A DNA stretch of 64,000 nucleotides from Bacteroidia bacterium. GTDB taxonomy: Bacteria > Bacteroidota > Bacteroidia > AKYH767-A > OLB10. The notes beneath the pieces are model-generated. The model made no database searches. It saw only the letters and a list, made by a program, of their open reading frames with translations, and was not told where the DNA came from. Position 1 is the first letter of the stretch; the number at the start of each line of letters is the position of its first letter. The translations under genes were made by a program, and so were the position numbers. Below are positions 28,659-38,355 of this stretch, piece after piece. The DNA is taken from contig JAXLTL010000001.1 of NCBI GenBank assembly GCA_046330075.1, positions 930,341-994,340 on the forward strand, written 5' to 3'.

Positions 28659-28983
28659 GCCTGAGCGTAGCCGATACCCGCACCCTTCGGTTACGCTCAG
28701 GGTCCGGGTATTTTGGATTAAAAAAATACGCTCAGGGTCCGGGTATTTTGGATTGAAAAAAAATAATACGCTCAGGGTCCGGGTATATTAGATAAAAAAA
28801 ATAATACGCTCAGGGTCCGGGTATTTTGGATTAAAAAAAATACGCTCAGGGTCCGGGTATTTTGGATTAAAAAAAATACGCTCAGGGTCCGGGTATATTA
28901 GATAAAAAAAATAATACGCTCAGGGTCCGGGAATTTTGGATTGAAAAAAAAATAATACGCTCAGGGTCCGGGTATTTTGGATA
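28659..28983. repeat. tandem array of 8 copies of a ~28-bp unit TACGCTCAGGGTCCGGGTATTTTGGAT(T) separated by A-runs, preceded by a partly complementary segment
   Basis: Copies start at about 28692, 28727, 28767, 28805, 28841, 28877, 28915 and 28956. The leading segment CCTGAGCGTA..GATACCCG is complementary to parts of each unit. Lies between convergent rho and the Mur ligase gene. Confidence 0.8.
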
Positions 28984-29016
28984 GAAGAAAAAAATATTTC
29001 AATCCAATAACAACTA

Positions 29017-30381
29017 TTATTTTTCCGCCAGCATCTTTCCAAATGCATTGAGATCGATGCCATCGAAATTTCCGGAGCTCATCAGCAAGAGCACATCTTT
29101 TTTGTAGTGCTGATTTTCGAGAAAGGCGCGAACATCGGCAGAGGCATTCATGACAATCAGATCATCGCGGCCGAAGGCTTTCTTCACTTGTTCTGTTGAT
29201 ATAGCCTCGAGTTTTTTATGTGCAATGGTATGCGGATTAAAATATACCACTGCCACATCTGCCAGTTTCATCGCATCCCTGTACTCATCGAGGAAGGCTG
29301 CATTCAAACTGGAAAACGTATGTAACTCCATGCAGGCCACCAGGCGGCGCTCAGAAAATTGTGTCTTCACCGCGTCCGTCGTTGCTTTTAACTTAGAAGG
29401 TGAATGCGCGAAATCCTTGAACACGATGAGTTTTTCAGAACGGGCAATGAGTTCGAGTCGCCGTGCCGCACCCTTGAAAGAACCAATGGCTTCGTAAAAC
29501 TGCTGATCACTGATACCGGCTTCATTACACATCATCCTTGCACCTTCGAGATTCATCAGGTTATGGGTTCCAAAGATCTGCAATGACACATCCCCCAGCG
29601 ATGTCTCGAGGATAGTAGTACCATCAATGATCCGGTGCTGCGGAATGCCGTATGGCGATTTTGTCTTCACCGGCGCAGCCGCTTCGCAAACCTTCTTCAC
29701 TTCCGGATCTTCTATGCAATAGATCAAGCGTCCGTTTTCAGGTATGCCGTTCACGTAAATCCGGAATTGCTCCACGTAATTATCAAACGTCGGAAACACA
29801 TTGATATGATCCCAGGCAATGCCACTCAACAATGCAACATCAGCTTTGTAGAGATGGAATTTCGGGCGACGGTCAATTGGTGAAGAAAGATATTCGTCTC
29901 CTTCCAGAATAATCAGCGGTGCTGTTTCAGAAAGACGAACCATCCGTTCAAATCCTTCCAGCTGCGAACCTACCATGTAATCAAAATCCACATGATGAAA
30001 GTTCAACACATGCAGAATCATGGCGGTGATGCTGGTTTTTCCATGACTTCCGCCAACTACAAAACGACGTTTGTTTTTCGATTGCTCGTAGAGATACTCT
30101 GGGTATGAAAAAACAGGAATACCCAGCTCTTTCGCCCGCAGCAACTCAGGGTTCTCTGCTCTTGCATGCATGCCAAGAATGACGGCATTGAGCCCGCTGT
30201 GGATCCTCTCCGGAAACCAACCCATTTCCGAAGGCAGCAATCCGGCTTTCTCCAGTCTGCTCCGCGAAGGCTCGTTGATCTCATCATCTGATCCGGTAAC
30301 CACATATCCTTTATGCTGCAAAGCAAGAGCGAGATTATGCATCGCCGCTCCGCCAATCGCAATAAAATGAACGTTCATCAT
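29017..30381 (-). CDS. Mur ligase family protein (Mpl/MurC-like UDP-N-acetylmuramate-peptide ligase)
   Basis: HFIAIGGAAMHNLALAL...VTGSDD N-terminal Rossmann motif. GSHGKTSITAMI P-loop. Mur ligase central and C-terminal domains. Confidence 0.75.
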   Translation of the reverse strand: MMNVHFIAIGGAAMHNLALALQHKGYVVTGSDDEINEPSRSRLEKAGLLPSEMGWFPERIHSGLNAVILGMHARAENPELLRAKELGIPVFSYPEYLYEQSKNKRRFVVGGSHGKTSITAMILHVLNFHHVDFDYMVGSQLEGFERMVRLSETAPLIILEGDEYLSSPIDRRPKFHLYKADVALLSGIAWDHINVFPTFDNYVEQFRIYVNGIPENGRLIYCIEDPEVKKVCEAAAPVKTKSPYGIPQHRIIDGTTILETSLGDVSLQIFGTHNLMNLEGARMMCNEAGISDQQFYEAIGSFKGAARRLELIARSEKLIVFKDFAHSPSKLKATTDAVKTQFSERRLVACMELHTFSSLNAAFLDEYRDAMKLADVAVVYFNPHTIAHKKLEAISTEQVKKAFGRDDLIVMNASADVRAFLENQHYKKDVLLLMSSGNFDGIDLNAFGKMLAEK

Positions 30382-30489
30382 TCAACAAAAATATTCATTT
30401 GCAGAACACAAAATCAAGACTTTAGAACATCCGCTAACAAGCGGGAACGCAGATAAAACCGATCAGGCGGATTTACGCGGATTTTGACA

Positions 30490-30645
30490 ACAAAGGCATT
30501 CACCAATTTCCCCCGAGGCTCGCTCCTCACTTGAGCCTTGCGGCCTGAGGCCTGCAGCCATCGAGGCAAGCATGCGGCTTGAGGCCTGCAGCCATTGAGG
30601 CCTTCGGCATCCCGCATTGCGAAGCAATGACGGGACACCAATTTC
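30490..30645. repeat. ~140-bp intergenic element bounded by 12-bp direct repeats CACCAATTTCCC, with internal GAGGCCTGCAGCCAT(C/T)GAGGC duplications
   Basis: Direct repeats at 30492-30503 and 30634-30645. Internal 21-bp duplication and hairpin potential. Confidence 0.3.
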
Positions 30646-30679
30646 CCAATTCCCTACATTTGCGGATATTCCCTTGATC

Positions 30680-31519
30680 ATGAAACTACATTCCATCGAT
30701 ACCGGTTTCTTCAAACTCGACGGCGGCGCTATGTTTGGCGTGGTACCAAAAACCATGTGGAACAAACTCAACCCGGCCGATGAAAACAATATGTGCACCT
30801 GGGCCATGCGTTGTCTGCTGATTGAAGATGGCAACCGCCTGATTCTGGTCGATAACGGGATCGGCAACAAGCAGGACGAAAAATTCTTCGGACATTATTA
30901 TCTCCACGGCGATGCGACGCTGGAGAAATCACTCAAAGCACTTGGCTTCGGCTTCGATGATATTACGGATGTGTTTCTCACCCATCTGCATTTCGACCAT
31001 TGTGGCGGAAGCATCGTCCGTACGAACGATGGAAAGCTGCTACCCGCTTTTAAAAATGCAACGTTCTGGAGCAATGAAAACCACTGGAAATGGGCGACTC
31101 AACCCAATGCCCGTGAGAAAGCAAGTTTTCTGAAAGAAAATATCCTGCCGATCCAGGAAAGCGGACAATTGAAATTCACGACTGATGGCGCCGAACTTTT
31201 TCCGGGTGTAAAAATCAAATACATGAATGGTCACACCGATGGCATGATGTTACCACATATTCAGTACAAAGGCAAAACCATTGTATTTATGGCCGACCTC
31301 CTTCCCTCTGCAGCGCATATTCCCGTACCCTTTGTGATGGCGTACGACACCCGTCCATTGCTGACGCTTGAAGAAAAAGCAGCGTTTATTACAGAAGCAC
31401 AAACCAATGATTACATCCTGTTCTTCGAACATGATCCGGTGAACGAATGTTGCAACCTGCAGATGACAGAGAAAGGAATCCGTCCAAAGGAATATTTCAA
31501 ATTATCAGAAGTAGTCTGA
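30680..31519 (+). CDS. MBL-fold metallo-hydrolase
   Basis: THLHFDHCGG metal-binding motif with downstream His/Asp ligands. Confidence 0.75.
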   Translation: MKLHSIDTGFFKLDGGAMFGVVPKTMWNKLNPADENNMCTWAMRCLLIEDGNRLILVDNGIGNKQDEKFFGHYYLHGDATLEKSLKALGFGFDDITDVFLTHLHFDHCGGSIVRTNDGKLLPAFKNATFWSNENHWKWATQPNAREKASFLKENILPIQESGQLKFTTDGAELFPGVKIKYMNGHTDGMMLPHIQYKGKTIVFMADLLPSAAHIPVPFVMAYDTRPLLTLEEKAAFITEAQTNDYILFFEHDPVNECCNLQMTEKGIRPKEYFKLSEVV

Positions 31520-33167
31520 TTATCGTCATCAGGATGATCAATATTAGTATTCGTGCCAAGGGCATAAATTTCTTTGTGCGCAGCCAGGCTTCGCTATCCA
31601 GAATGACCGCATATAACAACACCGCTTCCCACGCATATATTTTCCAGTAACTCACAGCACCCGGCCATTCTTTCATTTCCATCACAATAAAATTGGAAAT
31701 TCTGAGCAGCCAGAGATTCAGCGAAGTAACATAATCGCAAAGTAATTCTACCGGTGAAAGCACTACCTGTGCAATCAGACTGTATATACAGGCTGTGGTA
31801 ATGGGGATCACCATCAAATTGGCAATGATAAAATAGTTGGGGAATTGTCCGAAATTAAAAAGAGATACTGGCAGCGTCAGTATCTGCGCGGCCAATGACA
31901 CGCTGGTCATTTCCCAGAGCTTATACGCAATAATATTTTTGGGTAGCCAGATTCTGAAAATCGGACGCTGCAGCCAGATAATTCCCAGCACAGCGAAAAA
32001 AGAAAGCTGCATGCCAGGCTCATAAAGGTTAAACGGATTTATTAAAAGGATAATAAACAACGATGCGCCCAATGCGCCGAAGCCTTGATTCCGCCGGTCG
32101 ATCCACTTGGCAATGAGAAAAAACATACACATCATCGCTGCTCTTACAATGGAGGGCGCTCCACCGGCCACAAACGCGTAACACCACACCAATAACATGA
32201 TCAGCGGGTAGTATATGTGCTGACCGTGTTTCCATTTCAGCAAAGGCTTACAGATAAAACTGAGCAGAAAAAAGATGAGGCCAACATGCATTCCTGAAAC
32301 ACTCAGTACATGCAGCGTTCCGGTGGCAGCATAAGCTGCATTGATTTCATCATCAATTGCCACCTCCTCGCCTACTAATAACGCTATCGCAATTGCAGCT
32401 TCCTTTGAATGATGCATCTGCTGCAAAAAAAGTCCGGTTACCCACAACCTGCAATCCGCAGCTGTCTTGAAAAAAGAAAAATCATCCGAACAACTTGCAT
32501 CCCTCCTGAACTGCTGAACGAAGGCTCTGTGGCAGATCTGCCTGTGCGCATATAATGCTGCCGCAGGACTGGTGGCAGGATCTATTCGTTCCGGCATCAT
32601 CTTCAAAACCAATTTTTCACCATAAGCCGGCAATGGTCCGCCATTCTTTTTGAAATAACACATCACTTTTCCCTCAGCAGCCTGCCACTTGCGTTCTGTA
32701 AAAACAGCATCAATTTTCACCAGCGCCTTGAACGAGTGAGGCTTCTCCCGTACCGTCGACTCCATAGTGCCATGATAAAACTTCACCATTTGCATAGCCG
32801 ACAAATGACACGGGTGAAAAATTTCCGTTCTGAGCTGTGCAAAAAGGCAACCCTGCATCAAAAACAACGCTCCCAGCAACATACCGAAATGATGCCGGCG
32901 CCGGAATCCGGTTCTGTAAAACAGAAGCAATCCTGCCCAACCGATGATCTGCAGCAACAACGACCCATAAACACCTGTTTCATCCGGCGCAACCTGAAAA
33001 ACCTCCGAAAGCAGGGTTCCGGCTGTAAATGGAATCAGGAAGCGCAGCACAGGTACTTTTCGCAGCAATGGCCATGAATGACCAAAAATGACAGAGGCAG
33101 GCTTTTTCATCTCAATCCCGCAAAAGAACAAACCGGAATCCGGATAGCCGTTTGTAAGCGGATACAA
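31497..33167 (-). CDS. ComEC/Rec2 family DNA internalization-related membrane protein
   Basis: Polytopic. Competence-domain motif GTLHVLSVSGMHVGLIFF. N-terminal DUF4131-like region. Confidence 0.75.
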   Translation of the reverse strand: MYPLTNGYPDSGLFFCGIEMKKPASVIFGHSWPLLRKVPVLRFLIPFTAGTLLSEVFQVAPDETGVYGSLLLQIIGWAGLLLFYRTGFRRRHHFGMLLGALFLMQGCLFAQLRTEIFHPCHLSAMQMVKFYHGTMESTVREKPHSFKALVKIDAVFTERKWQAAEGKVMCYFKKNGGPLPAYGEKLVLKMMPERIDPATSPAAALYAHRQICHRAFVQQFRRDASCSDDFSFFKTAADCRLWVTGLFLQQMHHSKEAAIAIALLVGEEVAIDDEINAAYAATGTLHVLSVSGMHVGLIFFLLSFICKPLLKWKHGQHIYYPLIMLLVWCYAFVAGGAPSIVRAAMMCMFFLIAKWIDRRNQGFGALGASLFIILLINPFNLYEPGMQLSFFAVLGIIWLQRPIFRIWLPKNIIAYKLWEMTSVSLAAQILTLPVSLFNFGQFPNYFIIANLMVIPITTACIYSLIAQVVLSPVELLCDYVTSLNLWLLRISNFIVMEMKEWPGAVSYWKIYAWEAVLLYAVILDSEAWLRTKKFMPLARILILIILMTIIRLLLII

Positions 33168-33207
33168 ATGTTTGACTTCAAACGAAGGGAATCTTTATCT
33201 TTACAGC

Positions 33208-33825
33208 ATGGATCTGAACACCACAATTATTCTCCTGCTGGCCACCATCGGTGCTTCACTGTTAGCTTTCAGCAATGAAGAACTGATGCGCAAATGGATT
33301 CTGAATCCCTATATGGTACAGCACAGGAAACAATGGTGGCGTATGCTGACTTCGGGATTCATACATGCCGACTTTGCACATCTTGCGTTCAATATGATTG
33401 CGTTCTATGGTTTTGGAATGGCTGTTGAATCTTATTACCTGGCCGTTTTTGGTGACCATGGATTGTTTTACTATCTTATTCTTTATCTTGGCGGCATACT
33501 GGTCGCCAACGCCCCCTCGCTGGCTAAGCACAAGAACAATCATTATTATAACTCTCTCGGTGCATCCGGCGCCGTATCCGCCATCATTTTTGCTGCTATT
33601 CTCTTTGACCCCTGGTCGAAAATCTATTTCTTCGGTATCATTGGAATACCAGGAGTTATCTTTGGCCCACTCTACCTCATTGGCGAAAAAATGATGAGTA
33701 AACGCGAAGGTACAGGTATCAATCACGATGCTCATTACTGGGGAGCGATTTTCGGACTGGTGTATACGATTGCGCTGAAGCCCGGCCTCATCTTGTTCTT
33801 CTTCGATCAAATTACAGGACGATGA
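33208..33825 (+). CDS. rhomboid family intramembrane serine protease
   Basis: GASGAVSAIIFA serine motif, a downstream catalytic His, 6 TM helices. The ORF track start at 33172 is a TTG; the ATG at 33208 is preferred. Confidence 0.8.
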   Translation: MDLNTTIILLLATIGASLLAFSNEELMRKWILNPYMVQHRKQWWRMLTSGFIHADFAHLAFNMIAFYGFGMAVESYYLAVFGDHGLFYYLILYLGGILVANAPSLAKHKNNHYYNSLGASGAVSAIIFAAILFDPWSKIYFFGIIGIPGVIFGPLYLIGEKMMSKREGTGINHDAHYWGAIFGLVYTIALKPGLILFFFDQITGR

Positions 33826-34667
33826 CGCAATCCTTCTCTCCGGTCGTGCTGCTGAATGGCGATTTCATCCAATCAGAAAACTCCGGCTGGATGAACAACC
33901 GTGCGTTCCTGTACGGTGACGGATTTTTCGAAAGCATGCGGGTCCATCAAGGAAGAATCATTCATGCTGATCTTCACGAATCACGTATCCGTCATGCCAT
34001 GGAACTGCTCGAATTTGAGGGACCTGACCTGGCCGACTTCAGCAAGCTGGAGGATAAAATCAATGCATTGATACGGAAAAATCAACTAAGTACGTATGTC
34101 CGTATCCGTTATACACTTTTCCGTCAGGCGGATGGATTCTATGCACCGGACAACAACAACACCGGCTATCTGATCAGTGCCTTCCCGCTGGAGGACACCT
34201 ATACCTTTCCCGGGCAAGGAAAGCCTGCTATTCTCTACACCCGGCAGGCCAAAGCCCGCGGACCATTCTCCTGCATTAAATCCATCAGCAGTCTTTTTTA
34301 CGTGATGGCCGGCATTGCAGTGAAGCATGCAGGAGTTGAAGATTGTTTATTGCTGAATACCTCCGGCAATGTGATCGAAGCTCTGAGCAGCAATGTATTT
34401 TTCTGGTACAACAATACCCTCATCACACCTCCCTTATCAGAAGGATGTGTAGACGGTGTATTGCGCAGGAAAATTCTCGATCTGGCTGATAAAAACGGGA
34501 TCCCCTGCCGTGAACAGATGATTGCAGAATCGGAAGTGATGCTGGCCGATGAAATCATTACTACCAACGCCATCCGGGGTATACAATACTTTTCAACGCT
34601 CAACGGAAAGACCTATGGATCGGCCAAAGCCCGTGAACTCCACGAACTTCTGCTTGCTTCCCTTTGA
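33822..34667 (+). CDS. aminotransferase class IV (aminodeoxychorismate lyase / branched-chain aminotransferase-like)
   Basis: Fold-type IV PLP enzyme length and motifs (FLYGDGFFE, catalytic-Lys region). Overlaps the upstream stop. Confidence 0.65.
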   Translation: MTQSFSPVVLLNGDFIQSENSGWMNNRAFLYGDGFFESMRVHQGRIIHADLHESRIRHAMELLEFEGPDLADFSKLEDKINALIRKNQLSTYVRIRYTLFRQADGFYAPDNNNTGYLISAFPLEDTYTFPGQGKPAILYTRQAKARGPFSCIKSISSLFYVMAGIAVKHAGVEDCLLLNTSGNVIEALSSNVFFWYNNTLITPPLSEGCVDGVLRRKILDLADKNGIPCREQMIAESEVMLADEIITTNAIRGIQYFSTLNGKTYGSAKARELHELLLASL

Positions 34668-34708
34668 TTTAGTGGGAAGAAAGCACGCTTCTACGTACTT
34701 TTGCACCT

Positions 34709-36580
34709 ATGAACATCTTCACCGCCGAGAGCATCTCCAAAGCTTATAACGAGAAACCGCTTTTTACGAAGATTGATATATCGCTGGGAGAAAACCAGAA
34801 GATGGCGCTGATAGCAGCCAATGGCAGCGGCAAAACCACACTGATGCGGATGCTGGCCGGCAAAGAAGTGCCGGACGAAGGCAAGATATCTTTCCGTAAC
34901 GACTTACGTGTGGGCTACCTCGAACAGGACCCGTATTTCCATCCGGAATCAACCGTGATGGATTGTATCTTCGAACCCGGCCATCCCATTCTGCATGCAA
35001 TTGGAGAATACGAACGTTTACTCGACGAAGGCGAAATCGACCAGTCGAAGCTGCAGATCGTGATGGACACCATCGACTCGCTCAATGGCTGGGACTATGA
35101 AGCGAGAGCGGCGGAGGTGCTTGGAAAACTGGGAATCCATCATCTTGAAAAACCAACTGCGCAACTCAGCGGCGGACAGAAAAAACGCATTGCCCTGGCC
35201 CGTTTACTGATCGAAGACTTCGACTTTCTTCTCCTCGACGAACCTACCAACCATCTCGATCTGGATATGATTGAATGGCTGGAGCAATATCTGAAGAGGC
35301 AAAACAAACCACTGGTGCTGATTTCGCACGACCGGTATTTTCTCGATAACGTATGTAACTACATCGTAGAGCTCGAGAACAACAAAGTGTACAACTACAA
35401 CGGCAACTACGCGTATTATCTCGAGAAAAAAGAAGAACGCGAAGCACAGGAACGGGCGAGCATTGATAAAGCCAGAAATTTATACCGTCGTGAACTCGAC
35501 TGGATGCGCCGACAGCCCAAAGCCCGCACTACGAAATCGAAGTCGAGGCAGGATGCTTTTTATGATGTAGAAGAAGAAGCAAAAGGAAAACGCACCGAAG
35601 CCCGGATGCAGATTACGATGCAGATGAATCGCCTCGGCAGTAAAATTCTTGAGCTGGAAAATATCTGCAAAGCTTACGATGGCCGCCAGTTACTGAAAGA
35701 CTTCTCCTACACCTTCAAACGTGGCGAAAAAATCGGACTGATCGGCAGAAACGGAGCCGGCAAATCGACACTGCTCAACATTATCATGGAACTGGTAAAG
35801 CCTGATCAGGGTCGTGTGAAATCAGGCGAGACCGTGGTGTATGGCTACTATTCGCAGCAGGGCATGCAGTTGCCGGAGGATAAACGTGTGATTGAAGTCG
35901 TGAAAGATATTGCAGAATACGTGGAAACCGGCAATGGAAACTGGATGGGTGTTTCGCAGTTCCTGAATCACTTTCAGTTCACCGGGCCCAAGCAACATGC
36001 CTTTGTCAGCAAACTCAGCGGAGGAGAAAAGAAACGATTGTATTTGCTTACCATTCTGCTGAAAAACCCGAACTTCCTCATTCTTGACGAGCCCACCAAT
36101 GATCTTGACATCGTTACCCTGAACATCCTTGAAGAGTTCCTCGAAGGCTATCAGGGATGTTTGTTAATGGTAACGCACGACCGTTATTTCATGGACCGGC
36201 TGGTGGATCATGTGTTCGTACTGGATGGAAATGGAGGTGTAAAAGACATTCACGGCAACTACACAGAATACCGTGAGAACTTTGGAAGTCTGACGCCAAC
36301 TAAGGAAGAAAAGAAAGAAACTGTCTCAAAAAAAGAAGAACCTGCAGCTCCTGTCCGGAAAAAAGGCAAACTCAGCTTCAAGGAACAAAAAGAACTCGAA
36401 CAAATCGAGAAGGAGATCTCCGATCTGGAGGAGAAAAAGAAGATCCTGGTGGATAAAATGAACTCGGGCTTATCGCACACCGAAATGCAGCAATGTTCGG
36501 ATGAATTCGAAAAATGCAATAATGCACTCGATGAAAAATCGATGCGATGGCTTGAATTGCAGGAACTGCTGGAGGGATGA
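34709..36580 (+). CDS. ABC-F family ATPase (two tandem ABC domains, no TMD; translation-factor type)
   Basis: Two Walker A motifs (GANGSGKTT, GRNGAGKST). Two LSGGQ/LSGGE signatures. Inter-domain linker. C-terminal coiled-coil. Confidence 0.85.
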   Translation: MNIFTAESISKAYNEKPLFTKIDISLGENQKMALIAANGSGKTTLMRMLAGKEVPDEGKISFRNDLRVGYLEQDPYFHPESTVMDCIFEPGHPILHAIGEYERLLDEGEIDQSKLQIVMDTIDSLNGWDYEARAAEVLGKLGIHHLEKPTAQLSGGQKKRIALARLLIEDFDFLLLDEPTNHLDLDMIEWLEQYLKRQNKPLVLISHDRYFLDNVCNYIVELENNKVYNYNGNYAYYLEKKEEREAQERASIDKARNLYRRELDWMRRQPKARTTKSKSRQDAFYDVEEEAKGKRTEARMQITMQMNRLGSKILELENICKAYDGRQLLKDFSYTFKRGEKIGLIGRNGAGKSTLLNIIMELVKPDQGRVKSGETVVYGYYSQQGMQLPEDKRVIEVVKDIAEYVETGNGNWMGVSQFLNHFQFTGPKQHAFVSKLSGGEKKRLYLLTILLKNPNFLILDEPTNDLDIVTLNILEEFLEGYQGCLLMVTHDRYFMDRLVDHVFVLDGNGGVKDIHGNYTEYRENFGSLTPTKEEKKETVSKKEEPAAPVRKKGKLSFKEQKELEQIEKEISDLEEKKKILVDKMNSGLSHTEMQQCSDEFEKCNNALDEKSMRWLELQELLEG

Positions 36581-36596
36581 ATCAGGCTGCAAGGCG

Positions 36597-36665
36597 CTTG
36601 CGTCCCGAGCGAAGCCTCAGGGCTAAAAGGCGCTTGCGTCCTGAGCGAAGCCTCAGGGCTTCAGG
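36597..36665 (+). repeat. two tandem copies of a 33-bp element AAGGCGCTTGCGTCC(C/T)GAGCGAAGCCTCAGGGCT, also present inverted at 11941-11973
   Basis: Direct sequence comparison shows 2 mismatches against the reverse complement of 11941-11973. Confidence 0.45.
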
Positions 36666-36715
36666 CTACAGTCCCGCAGCGAGCTGCGGGAGCAGGCTAC
36701 AAGTCTGCATAACTA

Positions 36716-36976
36716 TCGTCCCACCTATCAATCACATCCCCCATATCATCACCCCTATCAATCAAATCCTCCCATATCATCACCCCTATCAATCACATCC
36801 CCCATATCATCACCCCTATCAATCAAATCCCCCCATATCATCACCCCTACCAATCACATCCCCCATATCATCACCCCTATCAATCACATCCCCCATATCA
36901 TCACCCCTATCAATCACATCCCCCATATCATCACCCCCTATCAATCACATCCCCCATATCATCACCCACTTCAATC
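36716..36976 (+). repeat. 30-bp minisatellite (about 9 copies of CATCACCCCTATCAATCACATCCCCCATAT)
   Basis: Head-to-tail copies with point variants. The overlapping ORF 36577..36981 is a translation artefact. Confidence 0.8.
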
Positions 36977-37018
36977 TGTAGCAACCCCCTATTAACTGGA
37001 GAGATTCTATGATTTTCA

Positions 37019-38038
37019 TTAGTAGTGCTGTCCATGGCTTTGGTCAACTGTTATGCAAAGGTAGGCATCGGCTGCGGGCTTGTCAAGGCTCATGCCGAGC
37101 GGTTGATTTGTCGGTTTTGATACAGCGGTATCAACCGGCCTTGACAAGCCATCATCCGCTGCAAAGGTGCTCTGCATAAGAGTTGACAAAGCCATTCCTT
37201 GATCCCATTTTTGCTGAGGCGTAATGCGGCCCAGATTTTTATGCTTTCGTTTATTATTATACCAATGCATGTAATCTTCAATATGCTTCTTAGCTTCATA
37301 ATAACTTAGAAATTGATATCGGCAATATAATTCCCTCTGTTGGATGCTGTGGAAGGATTCAATATAGGCGTTTTCTTCGGGTGTAGCAACGTGGGTAAAC
37401 TCTTGACGCGCTTCCATTTCTTGTAATGTGCGTCTGACTTCATTAGCCAGGAACTGCGAACCATTGTCATTGCGGATAATTACGCCCTTTAAATCATATT
37501 TAAGATGCAGATACCGGAACATATCTATCACATCCTTTTTTCGTACACTGGACTGGAATATCCAGTGAATGATCTTTCGGCTGTATATATCCATAATCGA
37601 CAGCTGATAATACCATCTGCTTTCTCCGTGCACCCAGACATACTTGATATCAAGACATAAATACTCCATTGGGCGGGAGGCTTCGACCTTGCGATACTGA
37701 ACCCTCTCTCTCTTGCCCTTTGTCCGGATAACTTTCCCCAATAGCAACTTTTCTTCATCCATGATCCGGTACACTTTTTTATCGTCAATCCAATATCCCA
37801 TTTCCCGAAGCTCTGCCGTCACATTCTGATAGCCATATGCATTGTAAGGTCCCAGAATAATGCCTTTGATCTCCGCTACGACTTGTTGATTCTCTACCAA
37901 CTCATTCTTGAAGAGTGTATGCGTACTCGGCTTTCGGCCCGGTTTACCCTCTGTGGGCTTGTAGTAATAGGAGCTGGAGGGAATTCCTAGCCACTTCATC
38001 AGATCCGTTGTGCTCGCCTTACCTATATACGCCTGCAT
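37019..38038 (-). CDS. IS3 family transposase OrfB (rve integrase core; expressed as OrfAB by -1 frameshift)
   Basis: DDE integrase core. HWYNNKRKHKNLGRITPQQ C-terminal motif typical of IS3/IS150. The -1 frame is open back to the A_AAA_AAA site. Confidence 0.8.
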   Translation of the reverse strand: MQAYIGKASTTDLMKWLGIPSSSYYYKPTEGKPGRKPSTHTLFKNELVENQQVVAEIKGIILGPYNAYGYQNVTAELREMGYWIDDKKVYRIMDEEKLLLGKVIRTKGKRERVQYRKVEASRPMEYLCLDIKYVWVHGESRWYYQLSIMDIYSRKIIHWIFQSSVRKKDVIDMFRYLHLKYDLKGVIIRNDNGSQFLANEVRRTLQEMEARQEFTHVATPEENAYIESFHSIQQRELYCRYQFLSYYEAKKHIEDYMHWYNNKRKHKNLGRITPQQKWDQGMALSTLMQSTFAADDGLSRPVDTAVSKPTNQPLGMSLDKPAADAYLCITVDQSHGQHY

Positions 38039-38043
38039 AATGG

Positions 38044-38355
38044 CTACTTTCGTTTGATTTGGATAGGAGTTTTTTTTAAAAGCTCCTCCTTCACCTCAAG
38101 CTCTAATGCCTGACGTGCGATGATCTTCTTCAACCGCTCGTTCTCTTGTTCCAACTCCTTTACTTTGGGATCAACTGCCACACGACTAGGCTTTAAGCCC
38201 CCCAAACCCTGCTCAAGGTACTTTTTCTTCCACCTGTTTAACAATGACGGTGCCAGGTTATACTTCCGGCATGTCTGGGCAAATCCCTCTCTGGAGGCCT
38301 CCTGAATGAGGCTCAGGCGCTCCTCAGGACTGAATGTTCTTTTGACTCTTGTCAT
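38044..38355 (-). CDS. IS3 family transposase OrfA (HTH plus leucine zipper)
   Basis: HTH_21-like N-terminus. LELEVKEELLKK coiled coil ending at the slippery site. Confidence 0.8.
   Translation of the reverse strand: MTRVKRTFSPEERLSLIQEASREGFAQTCRKYNLAPSLLNRWKKKYLEQGLGGLKPSRVAVDPKVKELEQENERLKKIIARQALELEVKEELLKKTPIQIKRK

Noticed and set aside
28659-28983. Possible CRISPR array (regular direct repeats)
   Set aside because: The spacers are only poly-A runs of 7-12 nt with no unique sequence. The unit is 28 nt with 8-12 nt gaps. There are no cas genes. It is a minisatellite, not CRISPR.
36716-36976. Possible CRISPR array
   Set aside because: The 30-bp units are contiguous with no spacers at all.
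36577-36981. 134-aa ORF with the repetitive protein PISSPLSITSPISS…
   Set aside because: It is a frame read through the 33-bp and 30-bp tandem DNA repeats. It has no start context, no codon-usage support, and the periodicity is at the DNA level.
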